A stretch of 62,328 nt of DNA, filler included, from Chrysochromulina tobinii (taxonomy: Eukaryota): NCBI GenBank assembly GCA_001275005.1. It is 5 parts of 5 records of this genome, joined end to end, with 100 filler letters (N's around TTAATTAATTAA, not from the genome) between each part and the next. Parts side by side here need not be neighbours in the genome. Positions count along the whole stretch, not along the records: positions 18,356 to 24,692 come from JWZX01001126.1; positions 24,793 to 37,278 come from JWZX01001128.1; 3 more parts are not named here. One strand, given 5' to 3'. Shown in pieces: positions 23,701 through 35,561 of this stretch (within the stretch, counting starts at the first letter, position 1; the number at the start of each line of letters is the position of its first letter). The notes beneath the pieces were generated by a model that was not told where the DNA came from, did no database searches, and saw only the letters and a list, made by a program, of their open reading frames with translations. Both the position numbers and the translations under genes were made by a program.

Positions 23701-24611
23701 ACGGCACGCAGTCGCTTTGGCAACGGATGCGTCCGATGCCCCGCTACCTCCTCACGCCGCGATGACCATTTCGATATCTGCTACGAGTGTGAAGAGCACA
23801 CGGAGCTCGATGGCCACGGAAAGAGGGGCGGCAGCCAAGGTGCTGGGTCGCACCGGAAGCGAAGGTGTGCGCGGGATGTTTCGTGAACAAAGTTGGAAAT
23901 GCTGTTTGTGGGTTACGGTTAATCGATGCAAGCCGAATTTCCGCGGTTTGGGGGTCTGCGTTCCGAGATCTGTCGATGGGCACCCTGCATAGTTGTGCAT
24001 AGTCTCGCTATTACTGCGTATTACCGATGGGTTACCAATGGTAATCAAGTTGCCCCGCTGACGCGAGAGCACCCCCGTCGCCGTTACACCCCCGTCGACT
24101 ACCCTTGCAGCCGCCCTTGTTCCATGGCCAAAATCGATTGACGTGCCCTTGTCAGGCCCAAAACGCCAAAACTCGTCGAAGAAAGGCCGCGCGTGCTCGA
24201 CGCGCGGCGCCGGGGCGGTCGCCAGGCCCTACCCACCTTGGCCCGTCGGAACAGCCATCGCGCATGCCCCCAATCGCTCCCATCGTCGGCCTGGAGCCGT
24301 GTTGCATTGCCATACTGTAGACTTCCTGAAAAAGGCACGATGTTGAAGCCCTGGGGCGCCGCGATGATCAAGAACAAGAAGATGGCGGGATGATGCCCCG
24401 ACTCGGGGCTATCCAGTGGTGCCGATTGCGCCGAGATCTGCCCTCCCGATCGCTCGCGCCAGCGATGGGCACCAAAGGCGGCGGAAAGGCGACCGCCATT
24501 TTGAATCTTGACTTGACTTGACAGCCCTCGCGTTCACAGCCAAGGGCCCCGCCCGGCCAGTCGGCGCCGTCGCTCGGCAAAAATATCGAGCAGATATCGA
24601 GCAGAGATCGG

Positions 24612-24692
24612 CCGACGCCCACGTTCACGGACTCGGCCACGTCCATCTTCGTCGCCAACGACGACGGCGCTCTTAAGCGGGCGCTCTGGCTC
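24612..24692 (+). mobile_element. Possible Ty1/copia RNase H fragment at contig end
   Basis: Translates PTPTFTDSATSIFVANDDGALKRALWL, resembling the copia RNase H P-T-x-x-x-x-D-x-x-S..A motif; only 27 codons are visible. Confidence 0.3.
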
Positions 24693-24792
24693 NNNNNNNN
24701 NNNNNNNNNNNNNNNNNNNNNNNNNNNNNNNNNNNNTTAATTAATTAANNNNNNNNNNNNNNNNNNNNNNNNNNNNNNNNNNNNNNNNNNNN
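24693..24792. other. Assembly linker
   Basis: Same 100-bp N/TTAATTAATTAA/N block. Confidence 0.98.
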
Positions 24793-27126
24793 TGGTCGGA
24801 TCTCAAAGCCGCGTGCGGGGGCGAGCATCACTCGCAACGGCCTGTCGAGGCCACGCGCCAATACAACCATCGATGGCAGCATTTCCTCAAGACGTACCTA
24901 AAGGGCGACACGCCCATCGGCAAGATCGAGCGCGTGTGGTGGAGGCAGGAAGACCAAGCGCGTGGCTCGCTCCACGTTCCCCTTTCTTCGGCGGGCGGCG
25001 GTCGCTGATCCATACGGCGTATTTGCGCGCCAGCGCCGCATATTGCCGCAGGTCGCCTGGGAGGTTGCCCTTTGTGTTGCGTGCTGTTGTCGGTGAATCA
25101 TGTCTTCTATAAATCTCAGAGGTTAGCGTATCGCGTTGTGCCCTGTCCACTGTACGGTCCCACAGCGGTCGACGGGACCGATGAGTCTTGACAAACTTTC
25201 ACATGAACTTTTCGAGGGATGCATGCAAGTTTGCACCCACAGAGTAGCAGCAGCATGCGCCCTGGTACAAACCGTGCCCTGACCAGCCGCTGACTCCGCT
25301 TCAGATCACGCCGTTGTCACTGTGACAAGCCGCCGCTCTGATCTCGCGCATCATCGAGGACCTTCGCCGGACTCGTGTTCCTCTTCCTTATCCGCTTCCT
25401 CGACGACGATGTCGACCTCTCGACGAACATGAAGACAGCAGGGTGCGTGATGTAGGCTGTGTCTCGAGAGGATGCAGGATCTGTGAGAACGCCGACAGGC
25501 TGTCGGCGAGAGGACTCCGCCTCTCCCACCGCCGCATCTTTAGCCGCATCTGCCACCGTCGCCTCTGCTGCCGCCGCCGCCTCTCTGCCGCCGCCTTACC
25601 GCCGCGCCACCTCGACCGCCGACTCCGCGCGGCACTCCGCCCCCGCTGAGGGCCCAAGATGATACCAAGATGAAACCAAGATGACGCCCATGACGTCGCG
25701 CCCGCCGCGCCGGGCGCCCAGCCCGTTTGAGTCCGCGACCCCTCCGCTTCAACGCCGGACGGCTCGCCTTCAGAGGTTGATCCGTCTCTCTTCTTAACTG
25801 AGGGGAGCGGTGTTACCAAAGTAGGGCGACAGTTCGGAGGCGAAGCGGCGGCTATGGTCATATGGTGGCGGACCGAGGAGCTGGAGGCGCTGCGTCTGCA
25901 GCAGCGCAAGTGGGCGACGAAGACTGGCGCCAACATCGCGCCGTCGCGCACAAAATAACAGGGCACATCATGCTCGCGGTCAACCGACAACCCCCTTGCT
26001 TCTCGGTCAGCACAGGTCTTCGAGCTGAAGAAGATCAAGGCGACCGTGTTGAGTGTGGGAAGTCAGATTTTATTACTTGGAGGGCCGGGGTGGGGGAGGG
26101 GGGGGACGTTTTTCTCTGCACGCACACGCTCCACACAAAATCTCCACACATCTGGCGACTAGACCACTCTCAAGCTCAGCACGAGCAGGCCGAGGCGCCG
26201 CCGCCGGTCGGCACTCAGTCGAGTCGCACAGCACCGCGAGCGCGACGGTGAACGATGCGAGCGGAACCGGAGGTCGCGAAACTAAGGCGCCAAGCGCAAA
26301 TTGTGCGCACGAAACAACGAGAGCCGGACACGCGGACCGGCAGCGTGCCGCCCCCCAGCTCAGCATCCGCCGTCACAGGCATCATCGCGAATTGCATTTT
26401 TGCGTGCGCGCACCGAACGACGCGCGGCCAAGAATCGGCCGTGAACGTTCACACTTCGAGTTCACACTCTGCCAGGTTGCGCGTTCAAATCCTCGGGGTC
26501 GGGCTGAGGTCGGGCACGTCGTTCGGTCACACCCCTCCCTACCCCTATGACGACCGCTTCAACACATATCACATTTGGCTGTGACCTGTGTTTACTTACC
26601 GTACGGGGCGGGGGCGCATGCGGAGCCGGAGGGTGACACTTCGGCGCTAGCGGACGCGGCGGTGACGACTGACGTTGACGTCGAACGTTGACGTGCGTAG
26701 GACGGACGACTTCTTCTACACCGCTGTCACTGACCGGCATCACGAAGCGACACTGTTGAGTTTCACTGACGTCTGCACTCTCGCCCGCTCTGAATGGACT
26801 GGGGGGTCTGACTTGACTGACTTGCACTATTGTCCATCGGACTGTTCGACATGTGAGTGACCATGGTGAGTGACCCACACGCTCCCCCCGCCGCGCAGGG
26901 TGAGACCCATTGCAGATCGCAAGCGCACGACACTACCAGCGGCGGCGGGCATCAACCATCAGCATGCCGTGCATGGGCTCGTTGGCACGTACACGCACCA
27001 TCACGCAGCACCTACCATGCTCGCATGCTGTGATTGTCCTCCCGACTACGAGTAGACGGAAAGACGGTCCACCGTCCGAGAGCCTGCTCGGGCCCACTCG
27101 AGATCGCCCTGAGATCAGCCCGAAAT

Positions 27127-29673
27127 CTACGTGTACAACGGTGAGCCCAGTTGTGGAGACATGGGGGGAAAGGGCCGTGGTTCTCGAGTTGCTGGCACTT
27201 GCTTGGACGCGGTTGTGGTGTTGGCGCTCCGAGCACGCGCAATCCGATTGGCAATCGTGCGCAGCGTGGCTGGCGAGAGCACACTCGCCTTGAGCTGGCC
27301 GCGCGGCGCCTGAGGTTTGAGATCGAGCATCCTTTGCGAGTTCGTCTCTTGTGACTCCTCGCCACTGGACCTACCAGAGATGTGCAGGGTCGGAATGGCT
27401 GAGGCGTTCGCCGCCACAGGCGCCGGATGCGGCGCGACGGCAGCGGAGGGGGCGGTGAGGGCAGAGAAGACCCCTGCAGAGAAGACCCGCGCCTGCAGCT
27501 CCTCCTCCTCACCGTCCGAGCCACCCATCGGGCTAAAGCTCACCGTGAAGTGGATCGTGCCCTCGGGGGAGAGTGGCTGCATGAACTCGTGGCTCTGCTT
27601 CCCGTCGAGCACACTGAGGGAGACGACGCACTCACCGATCTTGTCGTCCGTTGAGTCGAACATGCCGGCATCCTTGCCCATGACGGTCACCGAGAGATTC
27701 CCACTGTACGTGAGCGCCGCGCTCGTGCGCTCGCTGATCACGATCGACTCTTCCCACCGAGGTTTGACCACACTCGAACGGACCCCCGCCTCCGTGCCGA
27801 ATTTGAAGATGACGTACGGATCACTCTTGCCGTTCATGTCCTTGGCCAGCAGTCCGCTCGCCGAGTGGAGCTTGACTGAGAGCTGTCCGAGCTTCGCCTG
27901 GGCTTCGCATGCTCGCCTTCGCATGGTAGCGGTCGCAGCGGCGGGGTAGAAGCTGTCCGCGAGGCGCCGGTAGTCGATAGCATGATCCGCACGCGGCTGG
28001 CTCCCCACTGCACGAAGCACCGACTCAATGTGGTCGTCAGGCACACCGGCCGAGCGCATCGTCGCCGTGAGCCAGCTCACAGTCACCTGCCCGCACGGCT
28101 GCGCTGGCGGCATCGTTGCCTCGCGAGGCTGGCCGGTGCCGCCCTCCAGGCGGCCCACGACGGCGCCCGAGCTTTGCTCAGGGGCGCTGACCCTGCCAGC
28201 AGCGCCGCCGCTCGCAGCCGTCTGCGCGTCGCTTTTCACAGCCGGCAGCGGCACCGCATTCCCCCACGAGGAGCTCGTGGGGGAGGCGAAGCCGGAGTCG
28301 GCCGTTTGCGAGGCGCCGGCAGAACCAGTTCCGTATTGTGACGTCGCTGCGACAGAGGAGCCCTCTGCCGACAGCACCGAGCAGTACTCCGAGGGCTCGG
28401 AGGTGGACGAGGCCTGTGGGGAGACGGCCCCATCGATGTGGCGCGTGGCGTACGGCTCCTTGACCGCCTTCGTCGCCTTGACCGCCTCAATGTCCATGAG
28501 CTCGAAGCATCTGATGAGCTCCGCGCGCGGGTCGGCCGCGTGGCACACGGAGCGCATCAGATAGGCAAACTCGCGCGCGCCGAACCATCCGCCTTCCAAG
28601 CCGACGTGCTCGGCCGCGCGAAGCACCTGCTGGTAGGTGCACCGGCGCCCCGTTGCACGCACCAGGTCGAGTGCCTCGATCGGAGACAGCTTGCCACCGA
28701 CCGTCTTGTTCGCCGCGTCGAAGAAGCGCGTGCATTCGGCGAGCGCGGTGTCGAAGGCTTCGGACGAGAAGAAGGGGCACGAGGCCAGGGCCACGACCCA
28801 GGTATGCGCGTCCGCGCCGTCGGCGGCCTGGAGCGTGAGCAGGTGTCCGCTGCCAAAGCTCAACGCAAACTCATTCCGGTAGAGCCGAGACGTGTACAGT
28901 CGGCACGGCGCCGTGTGGAACAGGGCCGAGCCGACCCCCTTTCCGCGTGAGTGATCGTGCTTGAACCTGCGCAGCGCCGAGGTCATGCGCACGCGCCAGT
29001 CGCGTGGGACAGCAGTGGCGCGCTGCCGTTCGATGGCCTCCTGCGGGTCCTCGTCAAACCAAGCGAGCTGCTTCATCGACAAGTGGACAAAGTGGCGCAC
29101 CCAACCCCGCTGCGATTCGCCGTGCGCGATCGCAAACTCCGCTCGGCCGTCGCTGACGACCTCCTTCTTGCGCAAGTAGCCCGTGAGCGCCGAATACCGG
29201 ACGGCCTCGTTGAAAGGAGCGGAAGAGCCGTCGGGGAAGAGCACGCAGTACTCGTTCCACACGACCTCTTCAAAGACTGGCGCCATGCGCCCCTCCTCGT
29301 ACTTGCCGCTTTGCTCGCGACGATGCCGCACGCGCTCGGCGTGCCCCCGACGGCGCGGGCGGGCGGGCTTCATCGACTTCATCTCGGCGTCCTCGGACGT
29401 GGGGATGCGGCTGAGCCGCAGCTCAAACTCGTTGACAGCCATTGGGAACAGAGCGCCGATATGGTCGCCCTTCCGGACCTTAACGTTGTCGACAGCGAGC
29501 AGAACGTCGCCAACGCGCACGCCGCCGTTGGCCTCGGCCGCGCAGCCCGTAAGCAAGCGCGTCACCTCATTGTTTGAGTCGAAGTGCAGGCCGAGGCCGC
29601 TCTCGGTACGCGCCAATTTGACGACGACCTCCACCGCGGGCAGCTTCATGGATCCTCGTTCATGAAAACTCAC
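27127..29673 (-). CDS. PDZ-PH-EF-hand-C2 signalling protein (848 aa)
   Basis: PDZ GLGLHF...GGVRVGDVLLAVDN; PH LTGYLRKK..WVRHFVHL..LTLQAADGADAHTWV; degenerate EF-hand pairs; C2 KLHSASGLLAKDMNGKSDPYV..PRWEE..DDKIG. Confidence 0.85.
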   Translation of the reverse strand: MSFHERGSMKLPAVEVVVKLARTESGLGLHFDSNNEVTRLLTGCAAEANGGVRVGDVLLAVDNVKVRKGDHIGALFPMAVNEFELRLSRIPTSEDAEMKSMKPARPRRRGHAERVRHRREQSGKYEEGRMAPVFEEVVWNEYCVLFPDGSSAPFNEAVRYSALTGYLRKKEVVSDGRAEFAIAHGESQRGWVRHFVHLSMKQLAWFDEDPQEAIERQRATAVPRDWRVRMTSALRRFKHDHSRGKGVGSALFHTAPCRLYTSRLYRNEFALSFGSGHLLTLQAADGADAHTWVVALASCPFFSSEAFDTALAECTRFFDAANKTVGGKLSPIEALDLVRATGRRCTYQQVLRAAEHVGLEGGWFGAREFAYLMRSVCHAADPRAELIRCFELMDIEAVKATKAVKEPYATRHIDGAVSPQASSTSEPSEYCSVLSAEGSSVAATSQYGTGSAGASQTADSGFASPTSSSWGNAVPLPAVKSDAQTAASGGAAGRVSAPEQSSGAVVGRLEGGTGQPREATMPPAQPCGQVTVSWLTATMRSAGVPDDHIESVLRAVGSQPRADHAIDYRRLADSFYPAAATATMRRRACEAQAKLGQLSVKLHSASGLLAKDMNGKSDPYVIFKFGTEAGVRSSVVKPRWEESIVISERTSAALTYSGNLSVTVMGKDAGMFDSTDDKIGECVVSLSVLDGKQSHEFMQPLSPEGTIHFTVSFSPMGGSDGEEEELQARVFSAGVFSALTAPSAAVAPHPAPVAANASAIPTLHISGRSSGEESQETNSQRMLDLKPQAPRGQLKASVLSPATLRTIANRIARARSANTTTASKQVPATREPRPFPPMSPQLGSPLYT

Positions 29674-30039
29674 GAATTCGTCAACAATTGTGAAAAGCGC
29701 GGTTAAAGAATTCGGAAGTCGGGCGAGGTCGTGGGCCGGCTTTTCCCACTCGATATGTTGGCGCTTACAAGAATTTGGGAGGAGTCTGGACTAGAAACCG
29801 GTAAAAGCTGGACAAGAACGTGTTCGGCGACCGCAGAAAAACAGGCGCTGCACTTGCCATGGGACTTCCCTCAATGGAGACAGAGCAAGCAGGAAAATGG
29901 GGCGACAAGGTGCTTGCGAGCGAGAACTTTTGCTACAGTGCATCCCTCACCTCGGCCGCGTCTTACAAACACCCTGCCGCTGCGCCGGCCACTTACAAAC
30001 ACCTTGTACTGCCACTTACAAACACCACGCCGCTGCCGC

Positions 30040-30468
30040 ATGCATGCTGCGCAGTTCAAGGTCTACTTGATGATTGAGTGTTTCGTGTGGCTGCCCGCCG
30101 CGTACATTTTCTGCTATCGCTTCCAGCCGACGGTTCGGTTCGCCAAGACTGATTCTGGCAAACGCATCGTGATTGCCGCCAGCAACTTCCTCGAGCGCAG
30201 AGCACCATCAACGCATGCCAGCCTCGCAAAGCTGGCGAACCAAGCGCAGGGCGCTCCTGCCGGGCGCGCGGCCGCGGAGTGGGCTCTGCTCAACAAGGTG
30301 GGAGATCAGCACGCGCGCCACGTGCCGGGCGCTCGTTGAAGCTTGCCCTTGTTTGCATGCCCTCAGGTGCTGGCTCCAATTGGGTTCCCGACGAAGATGT
30401 GGATTGCTCATCGGGTCGTGAAAAACTGGGATGCGAAAGCGGTGGCGGCGCAGCCGGACGCGCGGTGA
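30040..30468 (+). CDS. Small 2-exon protein (119 aa), possibly FAM210/DUF1279-like
   Basis: Exons 30040-30297 and 30367-30468 (intron GTGGGA..CCTCAG) give ...AAAEWALLNK|VLAPIGFPTKMW...; hydrophobic N-terminal segment. Confidence 0.6.
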
Positions 30469-30834
30469 TGCAGTCCCTTGTTGCCTTTGTTGCCGGGCAG
30501 GCTTGCTGCGAGGTACCGTTGCCAAAGCTGTCCACGTCCCTCAGTGAGACGTCATCGCGCTTCTCACGATGTCGACACAGGTCACCGCGGCTCACGACAC
30601 GTCGGTCGCTCGGTGGCCCTCCCGCCTCTGCCTCGCTCTGTGGTCGCAGCACTCCTTCGAGCTTAGCTGTACTGAAGCTGTTCTGCGTACAATACTAGAC
30701 TGACCCCTGTAGCGGTTGTATCAGGACGTGAACTTGAACTTGAACTTGTACTTGAAAATGGCGCTCGTCGCGACGCTTCTGCCCCCGAAACTTACCTTCA
30801 ATACCCTAGGTTGTTGGCGCCGTCGGCAGCCCTC

Positions 30835-32589
30835 ATGGACACGGAGCAGCTCACGCAGCAGTTGGACCCCGTCTTCAAGGCGCAGTGGTTATTTCGGCAG
30901 CACAAGTGGGACGACTGCATCGCGCTGTGCACCGAGCTGCTCGCTGCCAACCCTTACGACCAGGCCGTGTGGTACCTCAAGTGTCGCGCGCTCACTCTGC
31001 AGGCGTGGGTCGACGACACCGACTTTGAGGAGGAGGGCATGGCGGATTCGCTGCTCGATGAAAATGCGACCGCCACGTTGCCGCGTCCGGGCACGTCGCT
31101 CTCACGGCCGATGACGGGCACAGCGATGGGGACGCCGGGCATGCGGCCGATCTCGTCGAGTGGCCGGCCGCTCTCGGGCTACGCGCGACCAGGCACGGGC
31201 TCGGCGCGGCCGGGGACGCAGGGTGGGATCGAGAGCGCGATGCAGGGCGCGCGGCCAGGCACGTCGCGGCCTGTGACGGCGCTCGGCCGGCTAGTCCGAC
31301 TCGGCACCGCGTCGATGGTCTCCGAGGCCGGCGGCCCGTTCATCCGCGTCGAGCGGCTCGACCTCAAAAAGTACGCGGCGCGGCCCGAGCTGGCCAAGGT
31401 GCTCTTTGATTACATCCTGTACCACGACCACAACCCGCGCAAGGCGCTCGAGCTCGCCAACTACGCGACCCAGCTTGCCAATTTTGAGGACTGGTGGTGG
31501 AAGGAGCGATTGGGCAAATGCTATTACATGCTCGGGTTGCTGCGAGAGGCGGAGAAGCAGTTCGCCTCGTCGATCCGGAACCAGCCGATGGTGGTCGCGT
31601 ATCTGCAGCTCGCCAAGGTTGCGCTACGGCTCGACCAACCCAAGAATGCGCTCGACGTGTACACGAAGGCGATCGAAGCCTTCCCGGGAGATCCGGCTTG
31701 CATGCTGGGCATCGCGCGCGTGCACGAGGCGCTCAACGAGGAGACGGAGGCCATCGCCATGCACAAGATGGTGCTCGAGGCGGACCCTGCGAACGTCGAG
31801 GCGATGGCATGCCTCGCCGCGCATCACTTCTACTCGGACCAGCCTGAGCTCGCCTTGAGATTCTACCGGCGTATGCTGCAGATGGGAGTCTCGACGCCCG
31901 AGCTGTGGAATAATCTCGGCCTGTGCTGCTTCTACGCATCCCAGTATGACATGGCGCTCTCGTGCCTCGATCGCGCGCTATCGATGGCCTCGGATGACGC
32001 GATGGCGGACGTGTGGTATAACATTGGGCAGGTGGGCCGCACGACGCCCGCACGACGCCAACCCCTCCGCCGCGTGCAGCGGCGCGCGCCATCGCCACGA
32101 TGCACGGCCCACGCCTCTGATGGTGCCGTGCGCCCTGGCTGCCTGGCTGCCTGCCCCTCGCTCGCGCCTCTTCCATGCCCTTCCTCGCGCGCACCTCTCT
32201 CGCGCCTTCACCTCTCGCCTCTCGCCTCTCGCCTCCCCCACCGCCATCCACGGCAGGTGGCCATCGGCATCGGCGACCTCGGGCTCGCATACCAAGCCTT
32301 TAAGATCTCAATCTCCGTCGACGCAAACCATGCCGAGTCGTACTCCAATCTGGGTGTGCTCGAGCTGCGCAAGGGCAACATCGACGCGGCGCGCTCCAAC
32401 TTCCGCGTGGTGCAGGGCATGGCCTCGCATCTATTCGAGCCGTTCTTCAACGGCGCGCTGCTCGCCTATAAGCTCGGAGACTTCCAGGAGGCCTTCGAGC
32501 TCGCCACCAAGGCGCTGCAGCTCTGCGAAGGCCACCACGATTCGCTCGAGCTGCTCAAGCAGCTCAAGACGCACTTCGCCATGCTGTGA
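30835..32589 (+). CDS. BBS8: BBSome TPR protein BBS8/TTC8, one intron 32032-32256
   Basis: NPYDQAVWYLKCRALT, RPGTSRPVTALGRLVRLGTASM, DWWWKERLGKCYY, ELWNNLGLCCFYASQYD; splicing joins WYNIGQ|VAIGIGDL. Confidence 0.97.
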   Translation: MDTEQLTQQLDPVFKAQWLFRQHKWDDCIALCTELLAANPYDQAVWYLKCRALTLQAWVDDTDFEEEGMADSLLDENATATLPRPGTSLSRPMTGTAMGTPGMRPISSSGRPLSGYARPGTGSARPGTQGGIESAMQGARPGTSRPVTALGRLVRLGTASMVSEAGGPFIRVERLDLKKYAARPELAKVLFDYILYHDHNPRKALELANYATQLANFEDWWWKERLGKCYYMLGLLREAEKQFASSIRNQPMVVAYLQLAKVALRLDQPKNALDVYTKAIEAFPGDPACMLGIARVHEALNEETEAIAMHKMVLEADPANVEAMACLAAHHFYSDQPELALRFYRRMLQMGVSTPELWNNLGLCCFYASQYDMALSCLDRALSMASDDAMADVWYNIGQVGRTTPARRQPLRRVQRRAPSPRCTAHASDGAVRPGCLAACPSLAPLPCPSSRAPLSRLHLSPLASRLPHRHPRQVAIGIGDLGLAYQAFKISISVDANHAESYSNLGVLELRKGNIDAARSNFRVVQGMASHLFEPFFNGALLAYKLGDFQEAFELATKALQLCEGHHDSLELLKQLKTHFAML

Positions 32590-32871
32590 GGTTCGGGCGT
32601 CCTCCCAAAAGAACCGCAGGCAAGCAGCAGACGTACGGTAGATCTAGATGCGTCGTCATCGTTTCCACAGTGGACACTGTCTCGGGACATGTAGATGTAC
32701 CGAAAAGGAAATCGAAACGCGAAAACGATTGGACCGAAACGAATACGCACTTCGCTTGGTCGAACACACCGCTTGGCCGAAGACACCGCTTGGCCGAACA
32801 CATCACGAACACACAACCTCTTAGCACGCCTATCGCTTGGCCGTAGCGCGCGAACGAGGAGCGACCCATCC

Positions 32872-33573
32872 ATGGGCTTCTCGATGGACCGACGCGACTC
32901 GCGCTCGAACACGAAGCACGGCGAGGCCGCGGTAGATGCGCTTAATCGCCAGGCCGGTCGTCCTTCTGACCGTGAGACATGGGCGGACCACCACCAGCTC
33001 AGAGGCGATCAAGACCGCAAACGAGTGGCTCTTCAGCAAAAGCGCCAGGAGGCGTATGTGAGAGACGATATGTTGGCGCCTCAGACCATCCAGCAGCAGC
33101 AGGCATGGGCAGCGCAGCAGCAAGCCTACGAGCAAAGTCTGCAGGAGCATTACCACCTTGGCCAGCTTGTCACGCTCCCAAACGGTCAGAAGGTACCACT
33201 CACGATGACCATGGTGCAGGAGCACCTGCTCGAGCAGCAGCTGAAGCACCAGCACCAACAAACACCACACCCATACTACGCAGACCAGCTACAGCTCGAG
33301 CAGCAACAACGGCAGCAACAGCATCGGCTAAAGCAGCTGCAACAGCAGTCAGCTGCCCCCCTCGAACACGATATTGAGCGCAAGCGTCGCATCGACGGTG
33401 CACATCGGCAGCTGCAGCAGCAGTATGCGGAGCAGCTGTACTTGCAGCAGCAGCAGCAGCAACCGCAGCTGGCCGAACAGCCTACGGGCAGGGGTAAGAC
33501 GATGCAGCAGCAGCAGGCGATGCGCACACGGTATACGCCAACACAGCACGAGACCGATAACTTATCTTGTTAA
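32872..33573 (+). CDS. Glutamine-rich hypothetical protein
   Basis: Long open frame rich in CAG codons, ATG at 32872. Confidence 0.5.
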   Translation: MGFSMDRRDSRSNTKHGEAAVDALNRQAGRPSDRETWADHHQLRGDQDRKRVALQQKRQEAYVRDDMLAPQTIQQQQAWAAQQQAYEQSLQEHYHLGQLVTLPNGQKVPLTMTMVQEHLLEQQLKHQHQQTPHPYYADQLQLEQQQRQQQHRLKQLQQQSAAPLEHDIERKRRIDGAHRQLQQQYAEQLYLQQQQQQPQLAEQPTGRGKTMQQQQAMRTRYTPTQHETDNLSC

Positions 33574-34201
33574 ATGTTGGAAGGCCATGCCGAGGGGATG
33601 TATACTTTGGCGCTACGATGCACAAGTCCGATGTGGACACTGAGGGGATGTATACCGACCGTCGCAGAGGAGGCAGTCAACGAACGTGGCATCGTGGCAA
33701 GTATGGAAGTAAGAAGTGAAGTAAGAAGTAACTTATCGGTCTGAGGACTCCCAAGCTCAGACGATGTTAGACGATGATCGATGTGCAGCCGCTTCGGGCG
33801 GGTGAAAGTCTCCGTCAGTCTTCTGTGGGAAGTAAAAGAAAGGTAGGGCGTGATGCGTATCGACTCGTGATGGGCCCTTCTCACCTCTCGTCGCAGATCC
33901 GCGCTCCCTTCTCGGTGCGGTGGATCGGAGCTGCGGGTCCCTCTCCCTGCAGGCCGGTGGGTGCCTGCTGCCTGGGTACATGAACATGCTGCTGCTGTTC
34001 AACACAACGCGCGCACACACTCCGGACATGAACATGTATCCATCAGTGAGTGCTCAGTGGCCTCAAAGTCGAAAGTGGGTCGAGGCCTCGGTGTACGGCG
34101 TATTTCAAGCGCTTACACCAAAATCTTTCGTAATGTGTGTCTCGTCAAAATCGTCCAGGATTACGAAAAGACGGTCTGTTCTTGGCTCGCGCACAATCAC
34201 G

Positions 34202-34597
34202 ATGGAGGTCGAGGACCCACGCCCAGAGACCCCTCGCCCAAATGAGGCACCTCGTGACCTAATGGCTGCCATGATGGCCACACCAATCCGAAAACCACGG
34301 TGGTCTGGGTGGTTCTCGTCGGCACCTCCGCCTGAGAACGCAAGGCCGATGGTGCTTCCGGATGATGATACAAATGCTTCATCCAAAATCATTCCGCTCC
34401 TGCGCGAGCCGCTACGCTGTGAGCCGCTCGATGATCAGGATCGTCAGGACGAGCAGCCTACGGACAGTGACGCTTTCACCAGCACCGCTACCCGCACACG
34501 TCTCGAACTACGCAATCTGAGTAGACGCACACGCACATCGCGCGAGCAGCAAGAGCCAAGCGGTGGGTCGCCAGGTCGCGAGAAGGTGGTGGCCTGA
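34202..34597 (+). CDS. Hypothetical low-complexity protein
   Basis: ORF MEVEDPRPETPRP...; no recognisable domain. Confidence 0.3.
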   Translation: MEVEDPRPETPRPNEAPRDLMAAMMATPIRKPRWSGWFSSAPPPENARPMVLPDDDTNASSKIIPLLREPLRCEPLDDQDRQDEQPTDSDAFTSTATRTRLELRNLSRRTRTSREQQEPSGGSPGREKVVA

Positions 34598-35561
34598 GAA
34601 TACACTCAGTGCTCTGTGCTCTGTGCTCTGTGCTTCCTTGCTCTGGTTGCATGAGTGTTGTTAGTACTGACATACATAACATCGTGGAGGCGCGAGCTTT
34701 GCGAGGACATGTGCTGACAATCATGAAAAAGCCATGGAAGGGAGCGGAGGGGTGCATAGTACATAATAGAAATTTCGTACTAGGGGTCCACTGTTGACTG
34801 TACCTCGTACTTTCCCACTTCCCAACCTGGTCCCGTGGGTTACCTTCGGGTGTTGGGTACGAGTACCAGCCAAGGCTGTTGAAAGCGTTAGATCAGATTG
34901 GTGGGCTATTCATTTATTATGCTAATAACAGATAAAAGCATAAAACGCCTAATAGGTGCGGCCCGTCTCGAGCAGGAACTAGGCCCTTGGAACTAGGAAA
35001 CGATGAGGAACACCCTGAGAGTTCTTCTCTCAATTATGTACCGTACCAAGGGTTATGATCATGTTAATATTCATGTCTGGTACATGTCTGGTTTCTCGTC
35101 TCGATTTCTCGGTCCTCGCGCCGCCGGCATGGTCGCCGGACGCATCCTTTCCGGATCCGGACGTGTGCGCGGTGCGCCCGACAGGTGGTCGTGTTTTGGA
35201 CGTGCCGCTTGCCGCGGAGCAGGGCCCGCGGCGGCCGCGGAGGCCGGAGGGGCGTGAGTGCCCACGCGGTGACGCGCCCCTTTTCACAACTTTACGGCGT
35301 TCGGCTGCAGGATCGGCTCCGTGCACCAGCAAAATATGCGTAAGATCCCCAGGCCGCTCATCTTCGGTCGGGCCGAGCGGGAGTCCCCGGCCCCGTATTT
35401 GTGTGTGTGTTCCAAAATGGATGGTTTCGCGCCCCTTCACGGAGTTACTTACAGGTAAATACCGGGTACCGGTAGGTGTCTTTTTACCGGTTCGTCTTTG
35501 TGGAAGAGGGCGCCGACACACTCGACGTCGCGCTGGCTCGCCAGCTCGCAACCACATCGTG

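Noticed and set aside
24793..27100. Several short ORFs and one GTGAGT..CGCAG intron-like pair (~26866-26898)
   Set aside because: I could not build a coherent gene model or find a recognisable domain.
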